NCBI GenBank assembly: GCA_031292695.1
Contig: JARLGS010000203.1
Span: forward strand, 151 to 64,150
Length of the DNA: 64,000 bases
Reading direction: 5' to 3'
Origin: Mycobacterium sp.
Lineage (GTDB): Bacteria > Actinomycetota > Actinomycetes > Mycobacteriales > Mycobacteriaceae
Shown: positions 48,936 to 58,883 of the stretch, in pieces
Numbering within the stretch: the stretch's first letter is position 1
Layout: the number at the start of each line of letters is the position of its first letter
The notes under the pieces: model-generated
What the model saw: only the letters and a program-made list of their open reading frames with translations
What the model was told of the DNA's origin: nothing
Database searches by the model: none
Position numbers and translations under genes: made by a program

Positions 48936-50236
48936 TAACGAAACTTCGACGAGCCCGCACCGTGTTGGCGACCACCCTCGTCGTGGTGCTCGTTGCCGGG
49001 GTGTTCGTCGCAATGCGGGCCAGCGATCAGGCCGCCCGAACAATCGTGATCGCCTACTTCGACAACAGCAACGGCTTGTTTGCCGGTGACGAGGTGCGCA
49101 TCCGGGGCGTGGCGGTGGGCAAGATCGTCAAGATTGAACCGCAGCCGCTGCGGGCCAAGATTTCGTTCTGGTTCGATCGCAAGTACAAAGTGCCCGCCGA
49201 TGCCAAGGCCGCGATTCTGTCGCCGCAGCTGGTAACGGGCCGCGCTATCCAGCTGACGCCGCCCTACACCGGCGGGCCCACGATGCAGGACGGCGCGGTC
49301 ATCCCTGCCGACCGCACCGCGGTGCCGGTCGAGTGGGATGACTTGCGGGCGCAACTGCAGCGGCTGACCGAATTGTTGAAGCCCACCCAGCCGGGCGGCG
49401 TCAGCACGCTGGGTTCACTCATCAACACCGCCGCCGACAACCTGCGCGGACAGGGCGCCACCATCCGCGACACGATCATCAAGCTGTCGCAGGCTGTGTC
49501 GGCGCTCGGCGACCACAGCAAAGACATCTTCGCCACATTCAAAGATTTGTCGACGCTCGTGTCGGCGCTGCACGACAGCGCAGATCTGCTCGAGCAGCTC
49601 AACCGCAACCTGGCCTCAGTGTCCTCGCTGCTGGCCGACGACCCGAATAAGGTCGGCCAGACGGTCGAGGACCTCAACGCGGTCCTGGCCGACGTGCAAA
49701 GTTTCGCCGCCGACAATCGAGAGGCGGTGGGCACCGCGTCAGACAAACTGACGTCGATCACCAAGGCACTGGTCGCCAGCCTCGATGACATCAAGCAGAC
49801 GCTGCACATCGGCCCGACGGTATTGCAGGACTTCAACAACATCTACGAACCGGCCAACGGTGCGCTTACCGGCGCGCTGGCGGTCAACAACTTCGCCAAC
49901 CCGATCTCCTTCCTGTGCGGAGCGGTACAGGCCGCGTCCCGCTTGGGTGGCGAGCAAGCGGCGAAACTCTGTGCGCAGTACATGGCGCCGATTTTTAAGA
50001 ATCGCCAGTACAACTACCCCCCAATAGGGGAGAACTTGTTGGTCGGCGCCCAGGCCAGACCCAACGAGGTCACCTTCAGCGAGGACTGGATGCGCCCCGA
50101 TTTCGTGCCGCCCGCCACGAATACCCCGCCGCCCGCGCCACTGCCCGCCGAAGCACCCGCTGCGGCCGCGGCGGTGGCCACTGACCCCACGGCTGGCCTG
50201 CGCGGCATGATGATTCCGCCGGGAGGTGGCTCATGA
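48932..50236 (+). CDS. mceD: MceD
   Basis: FDNSNGLFAGDEV, TAVPVEWD, NPISFLC. Confidence 0.9.
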   Translation: MITKLRRARTVLATTLVVVLVAGVFVAMRASDQAARTIVIAYFDNSNGLFAGDEVRIRGVAVGKIVKIEPQPLRAKISFWFDRKYKVPADAKAAILSPQLVTGRAIQLTPPYTGGPTMQDGAVIPADRTAVPVEWDDLRAQLQRLTELLKPTQPGGVSTLGSLINTAADNLRGQGATIRDTIIKLSQAVSALGDHSKDIFATFKDLSTLVSALHDSADLLEQLNRNLASVSSLLADDPNKVGQTVEDLNAVLADVQSFAADNREAVGTASDKLTSITKALVASLDDIKQTLHIGPTVLQDFNNIYEPANGALTGALAVNNFANPISFLCGAVQAASRLGGEQAAKLCAQYMAPIFKNRQYNYPPIGENLLVGAQARPNEVTFSEDWMRPDFVPPATNTPPPAPLPAEAPAAAAAVATDPTAGLRGMMIPPGGGS

Positions 50237-51402
50237 GCATCAGCCGCTGGCGCCGCGCGGCGGCGAGCCTGGTCATGCTCCTGGTGACGAGCGTTGCCGT
50301 GGCCGGGACATCCGGCTGCGGCTGGCACGGGCTGAATTCGCTGTCGCTACCCGGCACGCAGGGCGACGGCCCGGGCTCCTTCGTGATCCAGGCGCAGATG
50401 CCCGAAGTCAACAACATCCAACCGAACTCTCGGGTACGCGTCGCCGACGTGGCGGTTGGGCATGTGACGAAAATCGAGCGTCAGGGCTGGCACGCGTTGG
50501 TGACCATGCGGCTCAACGGTGACGTCGCCCTGCCCGCCAACGCAACCGCCAAGATCGGCACGACCAGCCTGCTAGGTTCCTACCACATCGAGCTGGGGTC
50601 ACCGGCGGGCGAAGCGCCGCAAGGCAAGCTGCGTGAGGGCTCACTCATCCCGCTGTCACGCGCCGGCGCCTACCCGAATACCGAGCAGACGCTGGCGGCG
50701 CTGTCGTTGGTGCTCAACGGCGGCGGACTGGGCCAGATACAGGACATCACCGAGGCGTTCAGCACCGCGTTCCGGGGCCGCGAGCAAGATGTGCGTAGCC
50801 TGATCGGTCAGCTCGACAAATTCACCGCATACCTCAACGACCAGTCCGGCGACATCATCGCGGCCACCGACAGCTTGAACCGCCTGGTCGGAAAATTCGC
50901 CGAGCAGCAACCTGTCCTAGACCGGGCCCTGGCGACCATCCCCGACGCGCTCGCGGTGCTCAACAACGAGCGGGACAACCTCGTCGAGGCGGCCGATCAG
51001 CTGGGCAAATTCAGCGCTGTGACCGTCGACACGGTCAACAAAACCAAAGCGAACCTGGTCAAGGAATTAAAAGAGCTAGGGCCCGTGCTGGAGTCGCTCG
51101 CCAACGCTGGCCCCAGCCTGACGCGGGCACTTAGCCTGCTTGCCACCTTCCCATTTCCGAACGAAACGTTCGAGAATTTTCAACGTGGTGATTACGCCAA
51201 CTTGACGGCGATCATCGACCTCACGCTCAGCCGAATCGACCAAGGAATATTCACCGGCACCCGGTGGGAGTGCCATCTGACCGAGCTAGAGCTGCAGTGG
51301 GGACGCACCATCGGCCAGTACCCTAGCCCGTGCACCGCAGGCTACCGGAATACCCCTGGTAATCCGCTGACCATCCCGTACCACTGGGACCAGGGGTCCT
51401 AG
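50233..51402 (+). CDS. mceE: MceE lipoprotein (LprM-like)
   Basis: Lipobox TSGC, NSLSLPG, RGDYANL. Confidence 0.9.
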   Translation: MSISRWRRAAASLVMLLVTSVAVAGTSGCGWHGLNSLSLPGTQGDGPGSFVIQAQMPEVNNIQPNSRVRVADVAVGHVTKIERQGWHALVTMRLNGDVALPANATAKIGTTSLLGSYHIELGSPAGEAPQGKLREGSLIPLSRAGAYPNTEQTLAALSLVLNGGGLGQIQDITEAFSTAFRGREQDVRSLIGQLDKFTAYLNDQSGDIIAATDSLNRLVGKFAEQQPVLDRALATIPDALAVLNNERDNLVEAADQLGKFSAVTVDTVNKTKANLVKELKELGPVLESLANAGPSLTRALSLLATFPFPNETFENFQRGDYANLTAIIDLTLSRIDQGIFTGTRWECHLTELELQWGRTIGQYPSPCTAGYRNTPGNPLTIPYHWDQGS

Positions 51403-52875
51403 ATGCGGCGCCTACACCGACGAATCAAAATCCAGCTGGCCATCTTCACCGTGATCGCACTGGTCGCGCTGGCGCTGATGTCCCTGCACTTCGTGAAACT
51501 GCCGGCCATGCTGTTCGGAGTCGGCCGCTACACCGTGAAGGTGGAGCTGCCGGAAACCGGCGGGCTGTATAGCACCGGCAATGTCACCTATCGCGGCACC
51601 GAAGTGGGCCAGGTGCAGTCCGTGCGTCTGACCGACAGCGGCGTCGAAGCGGTGCTGTCCCTGAAATCCGGCATCGACATCCCGTCGGATCTCAAAGCCG
51701 AGGTGCACAGCCAATCCGCGATCGGCGAATCGTACGTCGAGTTGTTGCCCCGCAACGGCACCTCGCCGCCGCTCAAGGACGGCGACGTGATTCGGCGGGC
51801 CGACACCTCCGTGCCGCCAAATATCAACACCCTGCTCAGTGCCGCCAACACTGCTTTGCAGGCAATACCTCACGACAATCTGCAGACCGTCATCAACGAG
51901 TCGTACACCGCGGTGGGTGGGCTTGGCCCCGAACTTTCCCGCCTGATTATGGGTTCGTCCAACCTGGCGATCGATGCACGCAAGAATCTCGACCCGCTGG
52001 TCGCGCTGATCGACCAAGCGCAGCCGGTGCTGGACTCACAAACCCACACATCGGATGCGATTGCAGGGTGGGCATCACACCTGGCCACCGTAACCACGGA
52101 ATTGCAGACTCACGACGCGGCGGTCGCGGGAACCATAGACCAGGGCGGGCCAGCGTTCGGGGAGTTGCGCCAACTGATCGAGCGGGTGCAACCTACCTTG
52201 CCCATCCTGCTCGCCAACCTCGTCAGCGTGGGACAGGTCGCGCTCACCTATCAAAACGACATCGAACAACTGCTCGTGATATTCCCCGAATCCATCGCCC
52301 TCGACCAGGCCGGCATCGTCGCCAATGTGAACACCAAGCAGGCGTACCGGGGTCAGTACCTGAGCTTCAACCTCAACATCAACCTGCCGCCGACGTGCAG
52401 TACCGGATTCCTGCCGGCCCAGCAGCAGCGGATCCCCACCTTCGAGGACTATCCCCAGCGACCGGCCGGCGACCTGTACTGCAGGGTTCCGCAGGACTCG
52501 CCGCTCAACGTGCGCGGTGCCCGCAACGTCCCCTGTGAAACCGTGCCCGGCAAGCGCGCACCCACCGTCAAGTTGTGCGAAAGCAACGAACAATACGTGC
52601 CGCTCAACGACGGCAACAGCTGGAAAGGTGACCCCAACGCCACACTGTCGGGTCAGGGTATCCCGCAGCTGCCGCCCGGCTCGCCTCCACCGCCGGCCGG
52701 GGCTGCGCCCGGACCCGGTCCGGCACCGCCACCGATTGCCGCAGCCCCGTACGACCCGGCCACCGGCACCTACATCGGACCCGACGGGCATCAGTACACC
52801 CGGTCCGATCTGGCCCAAACCGCGCCGAAGGACAAGACATGGCAATCGATGCTGCTGCCACCGCCGGGGCCTTGA
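51403..52875 (+). CDS. mceF: MceF
   Basis: GGLYSTGNVTYRG, SAIGESYV, RGARNVPC, YDPATG. Confidence 0.9.
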   Translation: MRRLHRRIKIQLAIFTVIALVALALMSLHFVKLPAMLFGVGRYTVKVELPETGGLYSTGNVTYRGTEVGQVQSVRLTDSGVEAVLSLKSGIDIPSDLKAEVHSQSAIGESYVELLPRNGTSPPLKDGDVIRRADTSVPPNINTLLSAANTALQAIPHDNLQTVINESYTAVGGLGPELSRLIMGSSNLAIDARKNLDPLVALIDQAQPVLDSQTHTSDAIAGWASHLATVTTELQTHDAAVAGTIDQGGPAFGELRQLIERVQPTLPILLANLVSVGQVALTYQNDIEQLLVIFPESIALDQAGIVANVNTKQAYRGQYLSFNLNINLPPTCSTGFLPAQQQRIPTFEDYPQRPAGDLYCRVPQDSPLNVRGARNVPCETVPGKRAPTVKLCESNEQYVPLNDGNSWKGDPNATLSGQGIPQLPPGSPPPPAGAAPGPGPAPPPIAAAPYDPATGTYIGPDGHQYTRSDLAQTAPKDKTWQSMLLPPPGP

Positions 52876-52921
52876 CGGCAACGACACACAGACTCATCAA
52901 GCACGAAGGATGGAGAACGGT

Positions 52922-53527
52922 ATGACCGTAGTAGCTGATCCCGAACTGCCCCTGGACGAAGAGTTTGTCGACGTCGAGGACAGTCCCCCCGAGTCCGCTG
53001 CAGATGACGTCGACAGCCCGCCCGCGGCCCGGACCAGGAAACCCATGTCCGCAGAGCGGCGCGCAACGCTGTTCGGTTTAACCGTCGTCGTTGCATTGGC
53101 GGCGCTGGCCGGGTGGTGGGGATTTCGGCTTCACCAGTCGCACCAGGTGCAGGCCCAGCGAAGTCAGTATCTGCAGGTGGCCAGGCAGGGCGCGCTGAAC
53201 TTGACGACCATCGACTGGCAGCATGCTGACGCTGATGTGCGTCGCATTCTCGACGGGGCGACAGGGGAGTTCTACAACGACTTCGCCAAGCGGTCACAGC
53301 CGTTTATCGGGGTGCTTCAGCAAGCCAAGGCGACCACCGTGGGCACGATAACGGAGGCCGGGCTGGAATCGGAGACAGCCGACGGCGCCCAGGTGTTGGT
53401 GGCGGTTGCCGTGCAGACTTCAAATGCCGGCGAGGCCGACCCGGTTGCCCGGGCATGGCGAATGCGCATCTCCGTGCAGAAGGTCGGCGATCAGGTCAAA
53501 GTCTCTAACGTCGGGTTCGTGCAGTGA
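52922..53527 (+). CDS. Mce-associated membrane protein (Rv1972-like)
   Basis: TM helix, ARQGALNLTTID, KVSNVGFV. Confidence 0.85.
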   Translation: MTVVADPELPLDEEFVDVEDSPPESAADDVDSPPAARTRKPMSAERRATLFGLTVVVALAALAGWWGFRLHQSHQVQAQRSQYLQVARQGALNLTTIDWQHADADVRRILDGATGEFYNDFAKRSQPFIGVLQQAKATTVGTITEAGLESETADGAQVLVAVAVQTSNAGEADPVARAWRMRISVQKVGDQVKVSNVGFVQ

Positions 53528-54210
53528 GCGCGGTTACGTCGCCCCGCACGGGCGAGCGCAGTGATACCGACCAGGTGCTCGAAACACCTGTTGAGTCGGA
53601 GCAAACAGTGACCACTGAGGAGGCCGGTGAGGACGAGACGGTTGAGGGCGACACCAAAGCGACCGACGTGGCCACGGATGCCGACGAGCCAAACCACGAC
53701 GAGCGGCCGGCAAAGGCGCGGCATCGCATCCGCTGGTCGAGGGTAATCGCCTACGGGCTACTGCCCGGCCTGGCGCTGCTGCTGGCCTCAGCGGCGGGCT
53801 TCCTGAAATGGCAGGATGGCTCGGCCCGCGATGCCGGGGTCGCCCGCGCGGAGTCCGTGCGTGCCGCCACCGACGGCACCATTGCGCTGCTGTCCTACCG
53901 GCCCGACACGGTGCAGGCGGACCTTGAGGCCGCGCGGGGCCGACTGACCGGTACGTTCCTGCAGGCCTACACATCGCTGACCCACGACGTCGTGATCCCG
54001 GGAGCAAAGCAGAAGCAGATTTCGGCTGTGGCCACTGTCCCGGCCGCCGCTTCGACGTCGGCGACCGCCAACCACGCCGTCGTCCTGCTGTTGGTGAACC
54101 AGACCGTCGTCGTCGGCCAGGACGCGCCCTCCAGCACCGCATCCAGCGTTCGGGTCACCCTCGACAAGATCGGCGGCCGGTGGCTGATCTCGCAGTTCGA
54201 TCCGGTCTGA
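53524..54210 (+). CDS. Mce-associated membrane protein (Rv1973-like)
   Basis: ALLSYRPDT, VVIPGAKQK, WLISQFDPV. Confidence 0.85.
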   Translation: MSAVTSPRTGERSDTDQVLETPVESEQTVTTEEAGEDETVEGDTKATDVATDADEPNHDERPAKARHRIRWSRVIAYGLLPGLALLLASAAGFLKWQDGSARDAGVARAESVRAATDGTIALLSYRPDTVQADLEAARGRLTGTFLQAYTSLTHDVVIPGAKQKQISAVATVPAAASTSATANHAVVLLLVNQTVVVGQDAPSSTASSVRVTLDKIGGRWLISQFDPV

Positions 54211-54220
54211 GCTCACGACG

Positions 54221-54340
54221 ATGCAGAACCAATCCGATTCCCATCACACCGGGCAAGTCGCTGACGAGTGTGGCAGTTACGAAACTCAGCAACCGGTTAC
54301 CGGCCACTGCTCGCTGCCGGCGGCGGACGGAAAGGAAAAC
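54221..54340 (+). pseudogene. Internally deleted DUF732 (Rv1974-like) gene
   Basis: 5' and 3' ends (..WQLRNSA) match the intact copy at 58884-59285, with about 290 bp missing. Confidence 0.75.
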
Positions 54341-54345
54341 CTGAC

Positions 54346-55011
54346 ATGCAGTATCGACCTCTGACCCTGTCTGCTCTGTTCGTTATGGCTGCCGGCGCCG
54401 TGCTGTCTGCGCCCGCGGCGCACGCCGACAACAAGCGACTCAACGACGGCGTGGTCGCAAATGTCTACACCGTTCAGCATCAGGCCGGCTGCACCAACGA
54501 CGTCAAGATCAACCTGCAACTGCAACTGGCCGCCCAATGGCACGCCCTCGATGTGTTGAATAACCGAAACCTCGACGGCGACAACGGTTCTGACGGATCC
54601 ATGCCACAAGACCGCGCAAATGCCGCCGGCTTCCATGGCAGGGTCGCCGAAACCGTGGCGATCAATCCCGCTGTGGCGATCAGCGGCGTCGAGTTGATGA
54701 ACCAGTGGTATTACAACCCCGCCTATGTCGCGATCATGTCCGATTGCGCTAACAATCAAATAGGGGTGTGGTCAGAAAACAGCCCGGATCGCACCGTCGT
54801 GGTGGCCGTTTACGGGCATTCAGAGAGACCAGCCCAGAGCACAGCGGTTGGACAGCAAACAGGGCCTGCGCCTGTAGTGGTCCTGCCGGAGAATATTCCG
54901 ATCGACCCAAGCCCTGACTACGACGCCAGCGACGAGATCGAATACGGCATCAGCTGGTTCCCGTGGATCCTACGCGGTGTGTACCCACCACCCGGCATGC
55001 CGCCGCAATAG
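54346..55011 (+). CDS. Secreted CAP/SCP-domain protein (Rv1975-like)
   Basis: Signal peptide AHA|DNK, LQLAAQWH, GSDGS, AETVA, IGVWSE. Confidence 0.8.
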   Translation: MQYRPLTLSALFVMAAGAVLSAPAAHADNKRLNDGVVANVYTVQHQAGCTNDVKINLQLQLAAQWHALDVLNNRNLDGDNGSDGSMPQDRANAAGFHGRVAETVAINPAVAISGVELMNQWYYNPAYVAIMSDCANNQIGVWSENSPDRTVVVAVYGHSERPAQSTAVGQQTGPAPVVVLPENIPIDPSPDYDASDEIEYGISWFPWILRGVYPPPGMPPQ

Positions 55012-55210
55012 GCGAGGTTCAGAACGTCGTCGGCAATGACAAGCGCGGACTCGCCGCTAAAACAAACAGGCAGAACAGATCTCGTTGCACTGCTTGCTCA
55101 TCGGGCGCCACCCCTGCGGTCTCCTGACGTGCTGTCGCGGGGTACGTCGCAAATCAGCGTGGATTACGGGGCTGCCGGAAACGCCCCGGTGAATCCAAGA
55201 TTAGCTGCGG

Positions 55211-55579
55211 CTACTCCGCCGGTGGTTGGTAGTGCGCCGCTGAGTTCCGCAGCTGCCAGATCTGGGCAGGGCACAGTAAATTAACCGCATACGAGATCAA
55301 ATAATTAGCCGCGAACTCGTCGCTGGGGGTCACGTCACTCTTAACATCACCCATCACTTGGGCGTAGCTTTTGCCCGCAGTGACCTTGTCGCAGATCCCG
55401 TAGCCGTAGTTGAGCGCGTCGGTAGTGTTCGGAAAGTCGTAGTGCCGCCGCACGGTCACGTCATACAGATATTCCACCTCGGGAGCCGGAGCGGCATGCG
55501 CCCACGGCGCCAACGCAAGTGGGACTCCGCCGACGGCAGCGGCGACGATCAAGGCGGCCCGTGACGCGCGACGCTTCAT
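55211..55579 (-). CDS. Secreted DUF732 protein
   Basis: Signal peptide, YGYGICD, AVNLLCP, WQLRNSA. Confidence 0.8.
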   Translation of the reverse strand: MKRRASRAALIVAAAVGGVPLALAPWAHAAPAPEVEYLYDVTVRRHYDFPNTTDALNYGYGICDKVTAGKSYAQVMGDVKSDVTPSDEFAANYLISYAVNLLCPAQIWQLRNSAAHYQPPAE

Positions 55580-55589
55580 GGCTGAAATC

Positions 55590-56438
55590 CTATGCAGTTG
55601 TACCGGCGGATAAGCCGGTGACGGATTGCCCGGCTTCGCCGAGGACCGGCTGCACGCTCGTCAGGCTGCGCCCACGGTCCTCATCGGCAGCTGATCGCGG
55701 CGGCAGGAACGACGCGGCGGCTCGCACCAGTGCCACCGCGAAGCAGATGCTCAGCACCGCTGCGGCAGCAACCACTGGCGTCGAAGTGTGCTCAAGATGC
55801 ACAGCGACGATCGTTGGCCAGCCGGCGCCAAAGTTGGCCATGAAAAAGGTGCACGGAAAAAGCACGAAGAGGCCCAACAGCTGCCACTGGCTAGTGCACC
55901 GGGCACGCAGCTCGGATGCCGCCACCGCTAAGCAGATCACCTGAGCGGCTTCGAGCACGCCAATCACCAACGGGTACTGAAAGATCCGGAACACGTGTGG
56001 CCCCCAATAGCTGTAGAGGCCGCCGTTGATGCCGACGATCTCGAATGCGGCCGATTCAAGCAACGTGATGCCAGCCCAGATAAACAGCGTGCGGCGGGTC
56101 ATCATGTCGCGGGCGATCTGGCGGGTGATGTAGATCGCCGGGGCGGCGTACAGCACCACATAACCGCTATGCGTCCAGATCGGTTGCGGGATATCGAAAG
56201 CGGTGAAGTGCGTCCACATGCCTGGTGTGGAGTAGAAGTACAGCATCATCGCCACGTCGTAAAGCGGCTCGGCAAATGCGCCGACCAAGGCCCCCAGGAC
56301 CACGAGCGCATAGAACGGCGTCCGCTCCCGCACACCCATCCGGATCGCGATGACCAGGAGCACCGCGGTCAGCCCCCAGCTGACGTCCGTCAGGATCGCC
56401 TGTGTGGTGAGGTTCAATTCGTGATCGAACGGTGGCAC
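55590..56438 (-). CDS. Multi-pass membrane protein of unknown function
   Basis: About 7 hydrophobic segments, with EPLYD and E..G..Y.YWG motifs. Start is uncertain. Confidence 0.65.
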   Translation of the reverse strand: MPPFDHELNLTTQAILTDVSWGLTAVLLVIAIRMGVRERTPFYALVVLGALVGAFAEPLYDVAMMLYFYSTPGMWTHFTAFDIPQPIWTHSGYVVLYAAPAIYITRQIARDMMTRRTLFIWAGITLLESAAFEIVGINGGLYSYWGPHVFRIFQYPLVIGVLEAAQVICLAVAASELRARCTSQWQLLGLFVLFPCTFFMANFGAGWPTIVAVHLEHTSTPVVAAAAVLSICFAVALVRAAASFLPPRSAADEDRGRSLTSVQPVLGEAGQSVTGLSAGTTA

Positions 56439-56584
56439 GCGGTCAGGGTATCTGATAGCTCGCCAGTGCGCGTCCCCCAACCAGGGGAGTTTTCCCTTCC
56501 GAGGGGATGACTGTCGTACCGTCTACATTGCGCGCAGAAGGCCTGCGCGAGACGTGTCTTGCGTAACGTGGATGCCGATGCGAA

Positions 56585-57550
56585 TCAGGTGGGCGGAGAG
56601 TCTTCGGCGGCCAGCCGTTCGCCGGCAGCCAGGAGAGAGCTCACCAACCCGGGATCGGCATAGTAGGCGTCGCCGACACCACTCTCGAACCGCCTGCGGC
56701 TGTACTCGTAAAGCGCGGCAAGTTTGTACATCGCCAGCGTGGCATACCAATTGACTCCCGACACATCAGTCCCGGTGCGGTCCGCGTATCGGTCGATCAG
56801 CTCAGTGCGTCCAGGGTAGCCAGGCTCCAGCACCGCGGTGCCCATCGCCGATGTCGGAACCAGCGGCTCGCCCGGCATAGGGTACGACGTAAGCAGGTAT
56901 CCCAGGTCGGCAAGCGGATCGCCGATGGTGGCGAGCTCCCAATCAAGGATCGCGGCGACGCAACCGGTACCGATGTCCACGATCATGTTGCCGATGCGAA
57001 AGTCGTTGTGAACAATGGCTGTTTCGGATTCCGGCCCAAGATTTGCGGGCAGCCAGTTGTCCAGCGCAGCGAAGTCACGCGGCACGGCTCCGTCTACAGC
57101 GATCAGTGACCGCATCCGCCGCAACTGCCGGGCGTTGAACCCGTGGGGCTTGCCGAAGTTCTCGAGCCCCACCTCGAGCCAAGCCACCTTGTGGAGTGCG
57201 GCGTGAGTGTCCACCAGTGATTCCCCGATGTGCCGGCGCGGCTGTCCGTCGTTGATTGGCGCGGGCGTCGATTCGGTGATGACGGCCCCGTCGACGAAGT
57301 CCATTACGAAGACCGAGACGTCGAGCAGCTCATCGGCAACCGCGATGGCGAGCACTCGCGGGGTAGGGACGTCGGTCCGCTCGAGTGCGGACAGGAGCCG
57401 CGCCTCCCGTAGTACGTCATGGGCGCCCGGAGGCAGCGGCGGCGGCGGTGGTCGGCGGACGATCAGTCGCGAATGCCCGTCCGACACCAGGAATGTCAGG
57501 TTGGAATGCCCATCGCCGATGGCGTGGGCGGTTATGGCTGGGCCGCACAT
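56585..57550 (-). CDS. APH/ACAD10-11-like phosphotransferase, probably 5'-truncated
   Basis: GDGHSNLT, RRPP..AHDVLRE, HNDFRIGN, DWELATIGDP. The 5' end abuts the duplication junction. Confidence 0.75.
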   Translation of the reverse strand: MCGPAITAHAIGDGHSNLTFLVSDGHSRLIVRRPPPPPLPPGAHDVLREARLLSALERTDVPTPRVLAIAVADELLDVSVFVMDFVDGAVITESTPAPINDGQPRRHIGESLVDTHAALHKVAWLEVGLENFGKPHGFNARQLRRMRSLIAVDGAVPRDFAALDNWLPANLGPESETAIVHNDFRIGNMIVDIGTGCVAAILDWELATIGDPLADLGYLLTSYPMPGEPLVPTSAMGTAVLEPGYPGRTELIDRYADRTGTDVSGVNWYATLAMYKLAALYEYSRRRFESGVGDAYYADPGLVSSLLAAGERLAAEDSPPT

Positions 57551-57551
57551 C

Positions 57552-58635
57552 GCGCATGCACCGGCGCATCTCGTCGACGGACCGGTCGGGGTCCTGCAGG
57601 GCGACGGCGCCCAGCGCAGCGAAACGGGTTGGGTACTGGTGGGTGATCCGTGCGAAGAAATCGTTTTGACTCGACGCCAGTTCGGCGGCGCCGGCCGCTG
57701 AGGCCCAATAGCAAAACGTCACCGGAATCGGCGAAAGCACCTGCACGGGAACGCCTTGACGATCCATATCGGCGAGTCGGGCCTCGGGCGACCAGCACCG
57801 GTGATCGATTCGGCGGTGGTGCTGTCCACCGAACAGCAGGTGTGCCTCGGTCTCGCCGGTGTGCTCGACACTGGGCCAGAGGTCGTGCGGACAGGCAGCC
57901 CGCAGATCCGGCAGATTCTCGTCGATGGCGTGGGTGTGGACATCGACGAGGCCGGTGCGGGGGGATAGCCGAGCGTTGATCGTGGTGGCTCCGCGCAACA
58001 TCTGGGACGGGCAGGTTTCATCGAGGGTAGCTATTGTGGATGCACAATTCAAGATGTGTATGCATAATGATGTGCGTCATATTTGTGCGGTGGTAGAAGT
58101 ACCGGCATGCAGGCAGTGCCGATCCCAAGACGAACGGCGGAATGACGGGCGAGGTCAGTTATCGGCGACGTTCGGTCAGGGGTGCTGAGGGGTGTTGGGG
58201 GTGCGGTCCGGGTCGTCGGCGCGGATCAGGTTTTCATCGTGGCGGTTGATGGCATCGACGAACGAGGCCTGATCGTGCAGGGCGATGGCGGCCACGATGT
58301 CGTCGTGGACGTCGAGACAGCTCGACAGCAGCGATTCATGGTCGCCGACGAACACCACCCGCGTCAGCACAGCCTTGATGGTGGTCACGATGAGCTGGTG
58401 CATCCCCTCCAGAACCGGGATGTGGGCCGCGGCCGCGACGACGCCGTGGAACGCCAGCACGGCATCGAAGAACTGCGTGGCATCGGTGCTGGCCCGCATC
58501 GTGACCATCGCCGAGCGCATCGCGGCGATGTCGTCGCTGGTCGCCCGCTCGAACGCCGCCTTGGTCAGGCCGAACTCGAGGTACAAGCGGGCTTCGAACC
58601 AGTCCAGGGGGTGCGGGGTGGAAGGCTGAAACCAC
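57552..58635 (-). repeat. Diverged second copy of 39971-41051 (amidohydrolase 5' half, operator, GntR 3' half; both genes truncated)
   Basis: Colinear high nucleotide similarity in the same orientation. Confidence 0.9.
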
Positions 58636-58883
58636 CACATCGCTGACCCACGACGTTTTGATCCCGGGAGCACAGCAGAAGCAGATTTCGGCTGTGGCCA
58701 CCGTCCCGGCTGCCGCATCGACGTCGGCGACCGCCAACCACGCCGTCGTCCTGCTGTTCGTGGACCAGACGGTCATCGTCGGCCAGGACGCGCCCTCCAG
58801 CACCGCATCCAGCGTCCGGGTCACCCTCGACAAGATCAACGGCCGCTGGCTGATCTCTGGATTCGATCCAGTCTGAGCCTACG

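Noticed and set aside
46330-52875. CCG-rich low-complexity tracts as repeats or arrays
   Set aside because: These are the ordinary Pro-rich tails of MceA, MceC and MceF.
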